Shown here: in pieces, positions 34,230-46,264 of the stretch
Layout: the number at the start of each line of letters is the position of its first letter
Position numbering within the stretch: position 1 is the first letter of the stretch
Source: Hormiphora californensis
Lineage: Eukaryota; Animalia; Ctenophora
NCBI GenBank assembly: GCA_020137815.1
Contig: CM035353.1
Location: forward strand, 8,556,001 to 8,620,000
Length of the DNA stretch: 64,000 nt
Direction: 5' to 3'
Position numbers and translations under genes: made by a program
Notes under the pieces: generated by a model
The model's input: only the letters and a program-made list of their open reading frames with translations
Database searches by the model: none
Told to the model about the DNA's origin: nothing

Positions 34230-35696
34230 AAATTAATTTGTTTAAAGTAGTGTTGAAAAGTTTGAAATAAGAAGGTCAGCTAGTGTTTTCGAGATGTGAA
34301 ATTGGCTTCCAATAATCTTCAGTTTAGCCCTTGCAATTAGATCGTTAAAACTGTCCAATCTGTTACGAAGCCATAGAGGTGCTCCGTATAGAAGTTTGGT
34401 AAGGATCACCTGCAGAGAACCGTATGAAAGATATTTATTTGCTCTGTTTTTAAATCCGACAACGGGCAAATGAAAAAACAACAGCCGAAGGCCCGTTCTT
34501 TTGTTAGTCTCAACTCTCAATTCATTAAACAGCGATGCCAGTCGGTATGAGCGACCTCGGTAATGTCCAGGTCGGACACCGTGACTTGTTTCGACCAATC
34601 ACAGCTGAGGCCTGGGTTAGGAGTACGCACTGAAGCTGTTCTGAGCAGTGATTGGCCAAAACTGGTGACGCTGCGTTCGACATAAACATTTTCGACAGGA
34701 TCTGATATATTTTTCGGCAAAAAATTTAAAAAACAAAGAAAAAAGTTCGTTTTTTGGAGATCCGAACAAGCGCGAAAAAAATTTTAGAAGTCAAAATCAA
34801 GTAGGCGCGCAAAATTTTGCGAAATATAGCGCGTTTTAAATTTGCGCGTGACAAAATAACTGAAAAATCGAGAGCATTTTTTTGGGCCACCAAAAGACAA
34901 TTCCAAGACAGGGACATCGCCAGAAGGGCCCTGATTTAAAATAAATGAAAACAAGACTAAATGAGTTGGAGATTCTCAGTCTTAGTTTCACGTATTCAAC
35001 AACATATGGTACACTCATAGTTCGTAGTTTTAAAATACATATAATAGCAATTATCACCAAGTAACAAATTAAAAATATTTCTCACAGCGTTCCACTACAT
35101 GACGGCACAGTTTTCTGAAAAACATCATTATTATTTTCCGACGCACTCACTGAAACAAATAAACCTAAAAACATGCTCACTCACTCTCAGAGAAATAGTG
35201 ACAATGTTTGTGGTACAACTACATCAACACAGAAATCCACAGAAAGTAATACTGTTTGTGTCTTCTGTCTGGATAATATGTGTAACTACTGAGAGAAACA
35301 TTCAAGTAGAGCTGAGGACTTGATTGAATTCAAGTTTCCGAGAAAAGTGACGTGAAAAACTAGAAAAAAATTGAACTCTTCTGAGAAAATAATTTGAGAA
35401 ATATCAAAAAAACAGGGTTTAAATGAACAAGTGTGTCTAAATTGTCTTTGCTCCATGTTCATAATCACTTGTATGATCTAGACTACTATAATTAAGAATG
35501 GCCAGTCTCCTCTCTCTGTGTGGGACGTGCAAGTTGCAACAAGTCTTTTGGGTTTATAGCTTTTTAAAGAAAAAACAAAACAAAACAAATACACGGTACC
35601 ACCGTTCACTGGTGAGTTTGATACACTTACAGGGTGTTCAGTTCATACTTGCTATCCACCCTCGAAACAGAATGAAAAACACACACAGGGAAGCTG

Positions 35697-38600
35697 TCAA
35701 GAGAGGGTTTTACTGTTGGTACACAAGACTGATGATATACTTTTCGTCTCAAAACTTCCCTTCGATGTAACTGACAGAAATAGAGGGGATAGGAAGAAGT
35801 CAGAAGTCAGATAGGACGAGATACAGTGGGCAGGGTAACCCAACTGTTATACCACTCACGTGACAATGCAACAGGGTAATCAACTATGGCTCATGAAACT
35901 ATAATGCGTGTCTATGTAACTGACTCACGTGATAGGCGACTATTGTTATAGCGGGTAAGGTTGAATGTTCGTGCGAGTTGAGCCGCACTGAGCCGCTCTG
36001 ACGGTTCCGTACTCCACATTTTGCGAGTCATCATTACCAACTAAACGGGGAGGAGGATTGGATATTTAATATACAGTCGGACCCCGATATATTTGTATAT
36101 GTTATCTGGTATGTAAGGGCTACCCTAACTAAATTACTACGTTCTACTTGGAAACTAAAAAACGAAATTGAAATATCAATTGCTTGATTCTAGGAAAAAG
36201 TAATTAGTCGCGATGGTCAAGCAGTCTTTCGGCTTTCGTGGTTCGGAATGCCCGATCCTCCGATTCAAGTGAATATCAAAATCTAAATACCTGGAATCTG
36301 ATTGTCCTGGTATAATACCTGGAAATGTATGCTACAAGCTAATATTACCATTTTGATGGCCTGGTGACATGGTTGGCCACCTGTCAGGTATGATGGGCCG
36401 GAAGTGGATGTTACTTCTGTACATGCTCCTCATGTAGTCTCGAACCTGGGGGAGGGGGGGCATTTGTTGGTGATGTAATAAATATTAAGGTGGGGGAGTA
36501 GTAGTCAAATAAAGAGCCGTAAAGATAAAATAACTAGATCTCATCAAAACAAATTAAGGCCAGAGGGGGGGGTCGACGGGTTTTTTGGGGTGTTTTTTGA
36601 GGTATACGTTATATGAAAGCGCTGGGCAAGGCGGATCGATTAGAACAGACGTCATCGATGTTGCGCACACCGTTTGGCCAAAATTTGGGGGTTAACATTT
36701 GGCCTATAATGGATGTTAACCCCTATAAATCAGGATTGGTGGGGTCTAGAACATCCATCATTGTACCAAAGGCTTCGTCTTGTCTTGATACAACTTCCTG
36801 AAAAGTTTTATGTCGTTACTCCAACTACTTCTTGATTTTTTGGGGGTTTACAAAATATGCGGAAAAAGCCCTTTTTGCCTCTAATTTTGCTCTTTTTTGG
36901 GAGATCCTGCCTCACTTCCTGAAATAACGGCTAGGACTCAGACCTTGCCGTTTGGCATAGTTGTTCTAGAGACCGTGTTCTTCAAATTTGGTGTAGCGAT
37001 TTTTGATTAAGGCCCCCGTTCAAAAATTATAGGGGTTTACATAAACTTTTCATGGACAAAACAAATGTTAACCCCTATAATTTTTGAACGGGGGCCTTAA
37101 TCAAAAATCGCTACACCAAATTTGAAGAACACGGTCTCTAGAACAACTATGCCAAACGGCAAGGTCTGAGTCCTAGCCGTTATTTCAGGAAGTGAGGCAG
37201 GATGTCCCAAAAAAGAGCAAAATTAGAGGCAAAAAGGGCTTTTTCCGCATATTTTGTAAACCCCCAAAAAATCAAGAAGTAGTTGGAGTAACGACATAAA
37301 ACTTTTCAGGAAGTTGTATCAAGACAAGACGAAGCCTTTGGTACAATGATGAATGTTCTAGACCCCACCAATCCTGATTTATAGGGGTTAACATCCATTA
37401 TAGGCCAAATGTTAACCCCAAATTTTGGCCAAACGGTGCGCGCAACATCGATGACGTCTGTTCTAATCGATCCGCCTTGCCCAGCGCTTTCATATAACGT
37501 ATACCTCAAAAAACACCCCAAAAAACCCGTCGACCCCCCCCTCTGGCCTTAATGGTACATCAATACACTGATGTACTCACCACATGATGAAGAAGCTGAT
37601 GTAGGATGTAAGATCAGGGAAACGGTTAAGGAGATATGTGCCAAAAGCCGTATGACTTTGTATTGTACACCTGTTAAATACATTGTTAGTACAACATTAG
37701 TGAACACGAAACATCATTATTTTATGGGGGAGGGAGACCTTGTTACAACAGGGAATCGACAATTAAGATTCTATGGGTCCCAATTCGTGACCCAATTCGT
37801 GCTTACTTTCACCACTACTAATAATATAGATATTGGAAGTAGCTAAACCACCCTACCCTTGTATAAAATACTCTTATTACCTAGCACTAGACTTCGGTAT
37901 TAGAACCTCCTCTCTAATACTGTTGCTCCCAACCTCGTTAGTCCTACAGCACACATAAGAGAGGACCTCCCAAGAGACCAGTGCCATACTGTACACATCC
38001 GCTTTGTAGAGGTTAATGAACTCTGTCCCCGTGGAGAGGAGGACTTCGGGAGAGGTGTACTGGGACGTACCACCACTACCATTCCTGAAGGGAGATGTCA
38101 CGTGATGCCCAAATATGGTGTTAATAAAGGGAGAGAGATTGATCGGGAACGGGGGAGAGGGCAAGATGTCTGTGTCGTATCTGTACAGGGGGAGGTAGCT
38201 TAGTGCCTCTGCTCATTATAACACAGTGGGATATTATCTACCCCCTAGATAGCATAAGAGGTACTAAAAAGTACCCATTTTGAACACCAGGGGGTAGGAG
38301 AAAGTTAGATAAGGGTTACGTAGCGGGGCGTTAGGACAACTGAATTTGGGATGTACTAAACATAATGGATTAAAATATCAATGAATTACCTAACATAACA
38401 GTCCTGTCTAGCTTTATCTTGACTCAACCCAAAATCACTGATCACCAGTCGATAGCCGGATTTCCCGTTTCTAGTTCCCACCAGGACATTGGTTGTTTTC
38501 AGGTCCCGGTGAAATACCTCCTGATCATGAAGGTAACACATTCCCGCTACAATATCCTGGGGGAGAATAATATGATGGGGCCCCGAGTGAATATATTTCC

Positions 38601-39734
38601 TGTAGATTATTGGTTGGAAATTATTTGTAATATGGGTGTCACCATTGGGTGATGTCTGTGTCGTATCTGTACAGGGGCAGGTAGCTTAGTGCCTCTGCTC
38701 ATTATAACACAGTGGGATATTATCTACCCCCATAGGTAGAACAGTAGCACAATACGTGTACACTTCTCTTACCAGGGGGTACAATTGGGAAACACCATGT
38801 GACTTCCATGTTGGGGTGTAATATGGGATGAAATATGGAAGGTGTTTCTTACCCTAAAGAAGGATTGGGCGGTGGTGTCTTTAAGATAGTGACCACGGTC
38901 AATTAGAAAGTCTTTTAGCGAACCATTGGCATAGTATTCCGTGCAGAAGAAACTGAAAGGGAGGGTAGTTGTGTAATAATTCCACTCACTTTGTTTCTAA
39001 CATTGTCTGACAAGAACACATCTCTCTTTCCCTCTCCCCACCCTTTCTCTCTCGCCTTACTTGTTTCTGAGACTCATGACACTCTGCAAATGGGGCGTCA
39101 TGGAACGGACATGGGGTCGAGTACTCATACTTCTCCACATGTATTCACACACATTGGCATGTGATAGTTGTGAGATGACATTTAACTCTTCTTCCATCTG
39201 CCTCCTTCTCTTATCTGTGTAACACTTTATAACACCTGGGTGAAGCAATGGAAATTAGTATGGACTAGGTAATTCAGTGTAGGAATGAACTTGTTTAATT
39301 AGATCGGGTAGTAATCCAAAATACACTCATGTCCTGGCTGTTATAATCTGGCAAGATTCCAGCTTACACCCGGCAGTGTTTACCTTTGTTTTTATTACCC
39401 ATTCCATCTATCCAGGAGACAAGAGCAACTACCTCATCCTCTGATGATTTCCATCGTGATGACAGTACACTCTGATTAATGTTTTATATATTAGGGGCCA
39501 CCAAGTTTTGTTTGGCTCACACCGCGATCTGTGGTATTGGTGAAATTAATGCTAATACCTCAAAATATATAGTCTCAGGAGGTAACACTTCAGCTATTGT
39601 TGAGATACTCTGATCAGTCTGACAGTAGAAGGTACTGGCGCTACTATTTAGGGAGTGGAGATCGAATGTGTCCGGATCAGCGTGTACATCCTTCTTCCCC
39701 CGTCGCAGTGATTCACCTGGGGGCGTGGAGAGTA

Positions 39735-39803
<69 letters not shown>

Positions 39804-40567
39804 GGGAGAGTGAGAAATATCACATTCATGCACTACACGGTTCAATGTAACTACCAACCACTATAACATCTGCAAGCCACTCACCACCTACCTATAACAC
39901 GAGAACCTGCCCTCAGTTGCCGGCTATACTTCGTCTTCCCGAACAATTCAATCCCTCGTTCAAAGAGTGGATCGAGAATCTCCAGTTTCACCATGTCATC
40001 TGGTACGAACCTGGAGGATGGGTAATTAGGAACGGGAATAATGACCAGTGTGTGTACAACTGCTGCGCCGAGTGTTTGGGGTCATGCTCACAATTGATAC
40101 TTTAATCGCGCGCTAGATACCAGCGCGCCACACTAAGCTCTACTAAACCACAACACCACGGCCAGACATCTTGTTCGATATCATTAATGAGATGAATTCT
40201 GAATAGAAGATGTCTAGCATGTCCTGTACATATTGATATATCATGAACAGTCCTCTCTCCCTACCGGATGTGCTACAATTATGAGGTATTACTACTTTTA
40301 TGATCCCTTACTACAAGCTTCAAAACGATTCGCAGATGGCTATTATAGGTTACCGATCTTGATCTTCTACTGTTCCAAAATAATTCACTCCTATTATATT
40401 ATCATGCATCCTACGATGTTGTTAAACTTACCCTTGCACACCAAGGTAATATCTAAGTGCAGCCAGGAAGAACAGTACCCCCAGTAGGAGTACCAAGACC
40501 CCACTTGAAGCAGATATGATAGTTAACATGTCCACACCGGAATCATGGGACCTCCTACTGTCCGTCC
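35697..40567 (-). CDS. TGF-beta receptor type II-like Ser/Thr kinase: TM and kinase exons
   Basis: Exons 40567-40432 (TM), 40010-39892, 39716-39559, 39471-39384, 39235-39061, 38952-38853, 38556-38390, 38084-37881, 37670-37581, 36445-36349, 36040-35929, 35770-35697. Motifs EYYANGSLKDFL, HRDLKTTNVL, DFGLS, GTSQYTSPEVL, KADVYSMALVSWE, RPIIPDRW, WSTEPSERLSA; no GS box. Two small frameshifts are needed near 37600 and 36360. Confidence 0.8.
36558..37548. mobile_element. ~1-kb palindromic Kolobok-like element (TTAA TSD) in a kinase intron
   Basis: TTAA|ggccagaggggggg...ccccctctggcc|TTAA; ~480-bp near-identical arms. Confidence 0.85.
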
Positions 40568-41019
40568 CTGATAGAAGAGTGATACAGTTAGATTTGTTGA
40601 AATAATAGACAATGATTTGTCTCACAAAAGACTGCCCTCTCTCAATCTGTATGGCAAAGAACAATACCGTAATAATGAGATCTAAATATTGGATATGTTA
40701 GTTTGATGGCATTGGTTAGCAGCATCTTCTTACGAACACATGACGCATTATATACGGATCCAATATGTGCATTCATTCATTAGTTGAGACAGTAGAAAAG
40801 ATAGAGATTAAAATGGAGAGAGTAGAGCGATGGAAAGGGAGGTAGAGAGTATATAGATGAAAGAGGGATAAAGAGAGAGGGAGATAGAGAGTAGAGATAT
40901 AAAGAGAGGGATATAGAAAGAGGGAGATAAATAGATATTATTGTTTGTTGAGGGATTCTGGTCACTGGTGAAAGTGCTCAATAGATGTAGATCTTCTGTT
41001 TCCATTGAGACAAATAGAT

Positions 41020-41412
41020 AGATAGAGATGGGGAAACAGATATAGTTGGAGAGAGAGATAGAGTCTAGAGAGATGGGGAAACAGAGATTGTCGGAGAGAT
41101 AGATAGAGAGATGGGAAACAGAGATTGTCGGAGAGATAGATAGAGAGATGCGAAGCAGAGAAAGTCGGAGAGATAGGTAGAGATGGGGAAACAGAGATTG
41201 TCGGAGAGATAGATAGAGATGGGAAACAGAGATTGTCGGAGAGATAGATAGAGATGGCGAAGGGATGGGCCATGGGGAAACAGAGATAGTCGGAGAGATA
41301 GATAGAGAGATGGGGAAACAGAGATTGTCGGAGAGAGAGATAGAGAGATGGGGAAACAGATATTGTCGGAGAGAGAGATAGAGAGATGGGGAAACAGAGA
41401 GAGATAGAGAGA
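41020..41412. repeat. ~38-bp purine-rich minisatellite
   Basis: Units gatggggaaacagagattgtcggagagatagatagaga. Confidence 0.85.
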
Positions 41413-42581
41413 TAGGGATCCATTTTGATTTGATTTGATAAGAGCGGTTGCCATGGGCGTGAACCCCTGTTGGGGACCCTACGCACAGGGCCAATCACTT
41501 AGTGATACCAGCACCGCTAATGATGGCCGTGAGGTATGAGGGGGCGGTAGTTCCCATTTGTGGGGCCGACAAGAAATGGGAAGGGTTATGGGGGGGAATA
41601 ACCCTGGTGGGGAAAGGCGACTGCTGCGGGGGAGGTGAGAGGAGGGTTGCAGCAGTCGTCTTGGGGATGCGCTGCATTGCACGCTTCAATTTCGTTGAAG
41701 CTTGTAAAGATAACGAATGATAACATCGCTATTATTATTGATACACCTTAGCAATGGTTGATCTAGGTTTTCTAGTGCTTGAAATGTTAATTTATGACTA
41801 TTTGGTCTGGTAAGCGCTGCCGGAAGTATTAAAAAAACTGAAAAACTTAATAACGCCATTTCTTTAAGCCCTTGCCAGAGCCGAGTTTTAAATTTTTTAT
41901 TGTTCTATTTTTGGGCTCGTTTTAAAGCTAACACTATCACTAAGGTCTAAAACATTGATGCGGTGCAATATCAGTAAACACTAAGATTTGAACGTCAAAA
42001 CTTCAAATGTGGCACCCAATTTTCTGAGGTGAGATTGCAACTTCGACAGCACTTGCTATTTCTGGTGTCAAGGTGGCAATATATCTTCAACTGGAATACA
42101 TATAAAAACTGTTTTCCAATCGCAAAATTTCCATACTAAATGGTAGCGCATGTTTTATTTGGTCCTGACTCGTAATTCGGGGGATAATAGCCAAGTGTCA
42201 ATCATTATGAATCCTTCTAATGTTAAAGTTATTTTGAAGAATATAGCCAAAAAAGTTCTTAGTTTTGATGTTCTTAGTTTTAGAGTTCCTTAGTTTTTCT
42301 ACAGTTTAGAGTTCCTTAGTTTTTCTACAGTTTCTTTCATGATTTTCTTGAAGATTATTACCGGTTTACTACAGTGCACCGCGGTAATGTGATCCTCGTG
42401 ACATTTACGTACATACTTGATGGATATCATAATTTGATTTGCCAGTAGTTGACATGTGAAACGATGATCTAATTGGTTCTATATTAAACTCTAAAGGATT
42501 TGTCCGCTGAAGTTGTACTTGTAAAACCTCCTCAATTAGGGTGGGCGGGGTGGGGCGGCGGGGCGGGGTGGCGGGTTTTTA

Positions 42582-44591
42582 TGTTTCCCTGAGTGGTATG
42601 TGGAGTACACAGAGAAGCGGGAGCATACAATGTGAACTGATCTGTAGACGTGGAAGTAGAATTATCAGCTGTTTAAAGAAGGAGATACGCAGGGAGTTAG
42701 AGAGCACTGAATTAGAGAGAGAATGAGAGAATAGGGGATATTATAGGGAGCTCGGATTTGCGGGGAGATAGAGAGTACTGAATTAGAGAGAGAATATTAT
42801 CTGGCGCTTTTATAAAGTATAGTAATTTGTCAGATATCGTCCCATTTCTGGGCAGCATCCCATTGCTGGGCATCATCCCTTCGCAGGGCATCATCCCATT
42901 TCTGGGCGCCATCCCTTTGCAGGGCATCATCCCATTGCTGGGCGGATCCTCGGCGTTAGCCTCGGGCGGGGCGATTCTCTCTAGACTGTGAGAGAGGTGT
43001 AGTGAGCGGAAAGAAGATGGTTTATATGGGACACACCGCCCAGGGCTGCTGCTCTGTTTCCCTGAGTGGTATGTGGAGTACACAGAGAAGCGGGAGCATA
43101 CAATGTGAACTGATCTGTAGACGTGGAAGTAGAATTATCAGCTGTTTAAAGAAGGAGATACGCAGGGAGTTAGAGAGCACTGAATTAGAGAGAGAATGAG
43201 AGAATAGGGGATATTATAGGGAGCTCGGATTTGCGGGGAGATAGAGAGTACTGAATTAGAGAGAGAATATTATCTGGCGCTTTTATAAAGTATAGTAATT
43301 TGTCAGATATCGTCCCATTTCTGGGCAGCATCCCATTGCTGGGCATCATCCCTTCGCAGGGCATCATCCCTTCGCAGGGCATCATCCCATTTCTGGGCGC
43401 CATCCCTTTGCAGGGCATCATCCCATTGCTGGGCGGATCCTCGGCGTTAGCCTCGGGCGGGGCGATTCTCTCTAGACTGTGAGAGAGGTGTAGTGAGCGG
43501 AAAGAAGATGGTTTATATGGGACACACCGCCCAGGGCTGCTGCTCTGTTTCCCTGAGTGGTATGTGGAGTACACAGAGAAGCGGGAGCATACAATGTGAA
43601 CTGATCTGTAGACGTGGAAGTAGAATTATCAGCTGTTTAAAGAAGGAGATACGCAGGGAGTTTGAGAGCACTGAATTAGAGAGAGAATGAGAGAATAGGG
43701 GATATTATAGGGAGCTCGGATTTGCGGGGAGATAGAGAGTACTGAATTAGAGAGAGAATATTATCTGGCGCTTTTATAAAGTATAGTAATTTGTCAGATA
43801 TCGTCCCATTTCTGGGCAGCATCCCATTGCTGGGCATCATCCCTTCGCAGGGCATCATCCCATTTCTGGGCGCCATCCCTTTGCAGGGCATCATCCCATT
43901 GCTGGGCGGATCCTCGGCGTTAGCCTCGGGCGGGGCGATTCTCTCTAGACTGTGAGAGAGGTGTAGTGAGCGGAAAGAAGATGGTTTATATGGGACACAC
44001 CGCCCAGGGCTGCTGCTCTGTTTCCCTGAGTGGTATGTGGAGTACACAGAGAAGCGGGAGCATACAATGTGAACTGATCTGTAGACGTGGAAGTAGAATT
44101 ATCAGCTGTTTAAAGAAGGAGATACGCAGGGAGTTAGAGAGCACTGAATTAGAGAGAGAATGAGAGAATAGGGGATATTATAGGGAGCTCGGATTTGCGG
44201 GGAGATAGAGAGTACTGAATTAGAGAGAGAATATTATCTGGCGCTTTTATAAAGTATAGTAATTTGTCAGATATCGTCCCATTTCTGGGCAGCATCCCAT
44301 TGCTGGGCATCATCCCTTCGCAGGGCATCATCCCATTTCTGGGCGCCATCCCTTTGCAGGGCATCATCCCATTGCTGGGCGGATCCTCGGCGTTAGCCTC
44401 GGGCGTGGCGATTCTCTCTAGACTGTGAGAGAGGTGTAGTGAGCGGAAAGAAGATGGTTTATATGGGACACACCGCCCAGGGCTGCTGCTCTGTTTCCCT
44501 GAGTGGTATGTGGAGTACACAGAGAAGCGGGAGCATACAATGTGAACTGATCTGTAGTAATCACTTAATGAGAGGAAGGAGCGTCTGTACA
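42582..44591 (-). repeat. Tandem array of 473/491-bp LTR-like units (~4.2 copies)
   Basis: Near-identical units with internal 18-bp subrepeats (one unit has an extra copy). On the minus strand the outermost unit runs TGTACAGACG...CGTCTACA and has a TATAAA. Confidence 0.85.
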
Positions 44592-44923
44592 TAACAGCTA
44601 CCTGCTACACACGTCACACACACACACACATCTTAAAATGGATAGTAGTAACCAGAAGAAGCTGTATCACAGTGGTGTGTATGATATGTTTACAAGATGT
44701 TGCTACTGCTATATTCTGTATGTTTAGTATGTTTTCCACAGAACACATTAGTCTACGTGTTGTGATTAGGTTGTTATTTAGGTGCCACCTTGTTTTAGCA
44801 CTCGGTGAGAGAGGGTCGAGCCCCTTGTATTGTATGTGCTACTGCCTTGCTTTGTATTGTGTGTACTGTTAGAGAGGGAGAGCTTCAAGGTACTGTACTG
44901 GAGTGACCATTAAACAGACACAC

Positions 44924-44982
<59 letters not shown>

Positions 44983-45149
44983 TGAAGGGGTAGGGGGGAG
45001 GCGGAGAGAGAGATAGAGGTGGAGGGCCTCCACCTCTTTTTGTCTCCTCCACCTCTCCCTATCTTTCCACTGGAGGTAGACAGGCAGAGATTGTAGGGAG
45101 GAGCGTGACCTGTCTAGTCCAGCTGCAGTCTAGAAGACAACACCATTAG

Positions 45150-45322
45150 TTGAAGCTTGAGTGAGAGAGATGGAAAATAGTTGAAGTTGAAGCTTGAGTG
45201 AGGGAGATGGAAAATAATGGAGAGATTGAGTTGAAGCTTGAGTGAGGGAGATGGAAAATAATGGAGAGATTGAGTTGAAGCTTGAGTGAGAGAGATGGAA
45301 AATAATGGAGGAATTGAAGCTG
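45150..45322. repeat. 42-bp minisatellite
   Basis: gttgaagcttgagtgagggagatggaaaataatggagagattga, about 4 copies. Confidence 0.85.
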
Positions 45323-46264
45323 AAGGTCAAGGAACTATTGAAACTGTTCCCCCACACGGACGTGAGAGAATTGGAGAGAATGAAAGGGAGAGAGAGTAAA
45401 CTGTGCTATTTTGAGGGCAGCAGCACACTCCATTTCTCAAGTTCAAGTGATCGTTGTGTCTGATCTAGACTATCCGGAAAAATGTGGTTTTGTCTGTGTT
45501 TAATCTTGTTACCATCCGTGGCTCTTGTAACAGAGTGAGACTTTCATAACCTGACGGAGGGTGGGTGGCCAGGAATTGAAAAGATTGGGGTAATTCTACC
45601 ACTTTGTCTTGTAACCATTATATTATTGCATTTCAGTTCCATGGATCTCAGTGGTACGAGATACTGACATTCCATTTGATATGGAGAACAATTTCCTACA
45701 AATTAGAACCAACTCTACTACCGGGAGTAATGACCTCCTATATGTACTTCTATATGGGGATAGGAGTCACATACCAGGCGTGGGGATTTATTTTAAACCA
45801 TCCGCTATAAAATACACCATAGGCTACTGTCGAACTGTACCGACCGAACTAACAGTACAGCCAGGAGATGAAGTGGACAAGATTTGGTCAATCAAAACGA
45901 CGGCTACCACCGTAAGCATAGATTGTAATGGGGTGGAGGTTCTTAACTACCACTTCAATGAAAGTAATAACGAACGCTGTGAAGAAACGTGGGTAGGAGC
46001 TGTTGTGACCAAGATACAATTTCGCGGCGAAGGCTGGGATTCAGCATCGGATAGTTACCGAGCAAAACCAGCAGGTGAGTTAAAAACTTCATAATCAAAC
46101 TTCATATCAAAATGAGACATCTGAATAACCTTTATCGTTTTGATTGAAAACTATCGAATTGTTAGGTTAATAATGTCCATTTCATCCCTTAGTTTGTCCT
46201 GGGTTTACCGTGGACGGATCAGTGCAAGGAAGTTGGAGCAATACGAACGTAGAACATACAGTGA

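Larger units (their letters stand above)
31853..34265 (-). mobile_element. ORF1-only (HAL1-like) retroelement with (TAA)n tail and 8-bp TSD
   Basis: TSD aataagaa at 31845-31852 and 34266-34273; a single intact ORF1; no RT. Confidence 0.75.
30432..34460 (-). mobile_element. 5'-truncated LINE (ORF2 C-terminus plus 3' UTR) split by a nested insertion
   Basis: ORF2 reads ...LLYGAPLW...SKTLADLLI | GIPPLPIILTVLTTKF...CLECGMHHDSPFHKLFQC once 31853-34273 is removed. Confidence 0.75.

Noticed and set aside
38165-38731. ~80-bp duplicated segment in two adjacent kinase introns (38165-38245, 38651-38731) as a regulatory element
   Set aside because: Most simply a local duplication or small repeat; no structural or functional signal visible.
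42830-44390. Neuropeptide-like repeat AQQWDDALQRDGAQKWDD in one frame of the tandem unit, and the 123-147 aa ORFs
   Set aside because: That frame has a stop just upstream and no ATG or signal peptide; the periodicity comes from 18-bp DNA subrepeats.
45536-45538. In-frame TGA read as selenocysteine
   Set aside because: It sits at the signal-peptide boundary with no redox motif or recognisable SECIS; a nonsense mutation or error is simpler.
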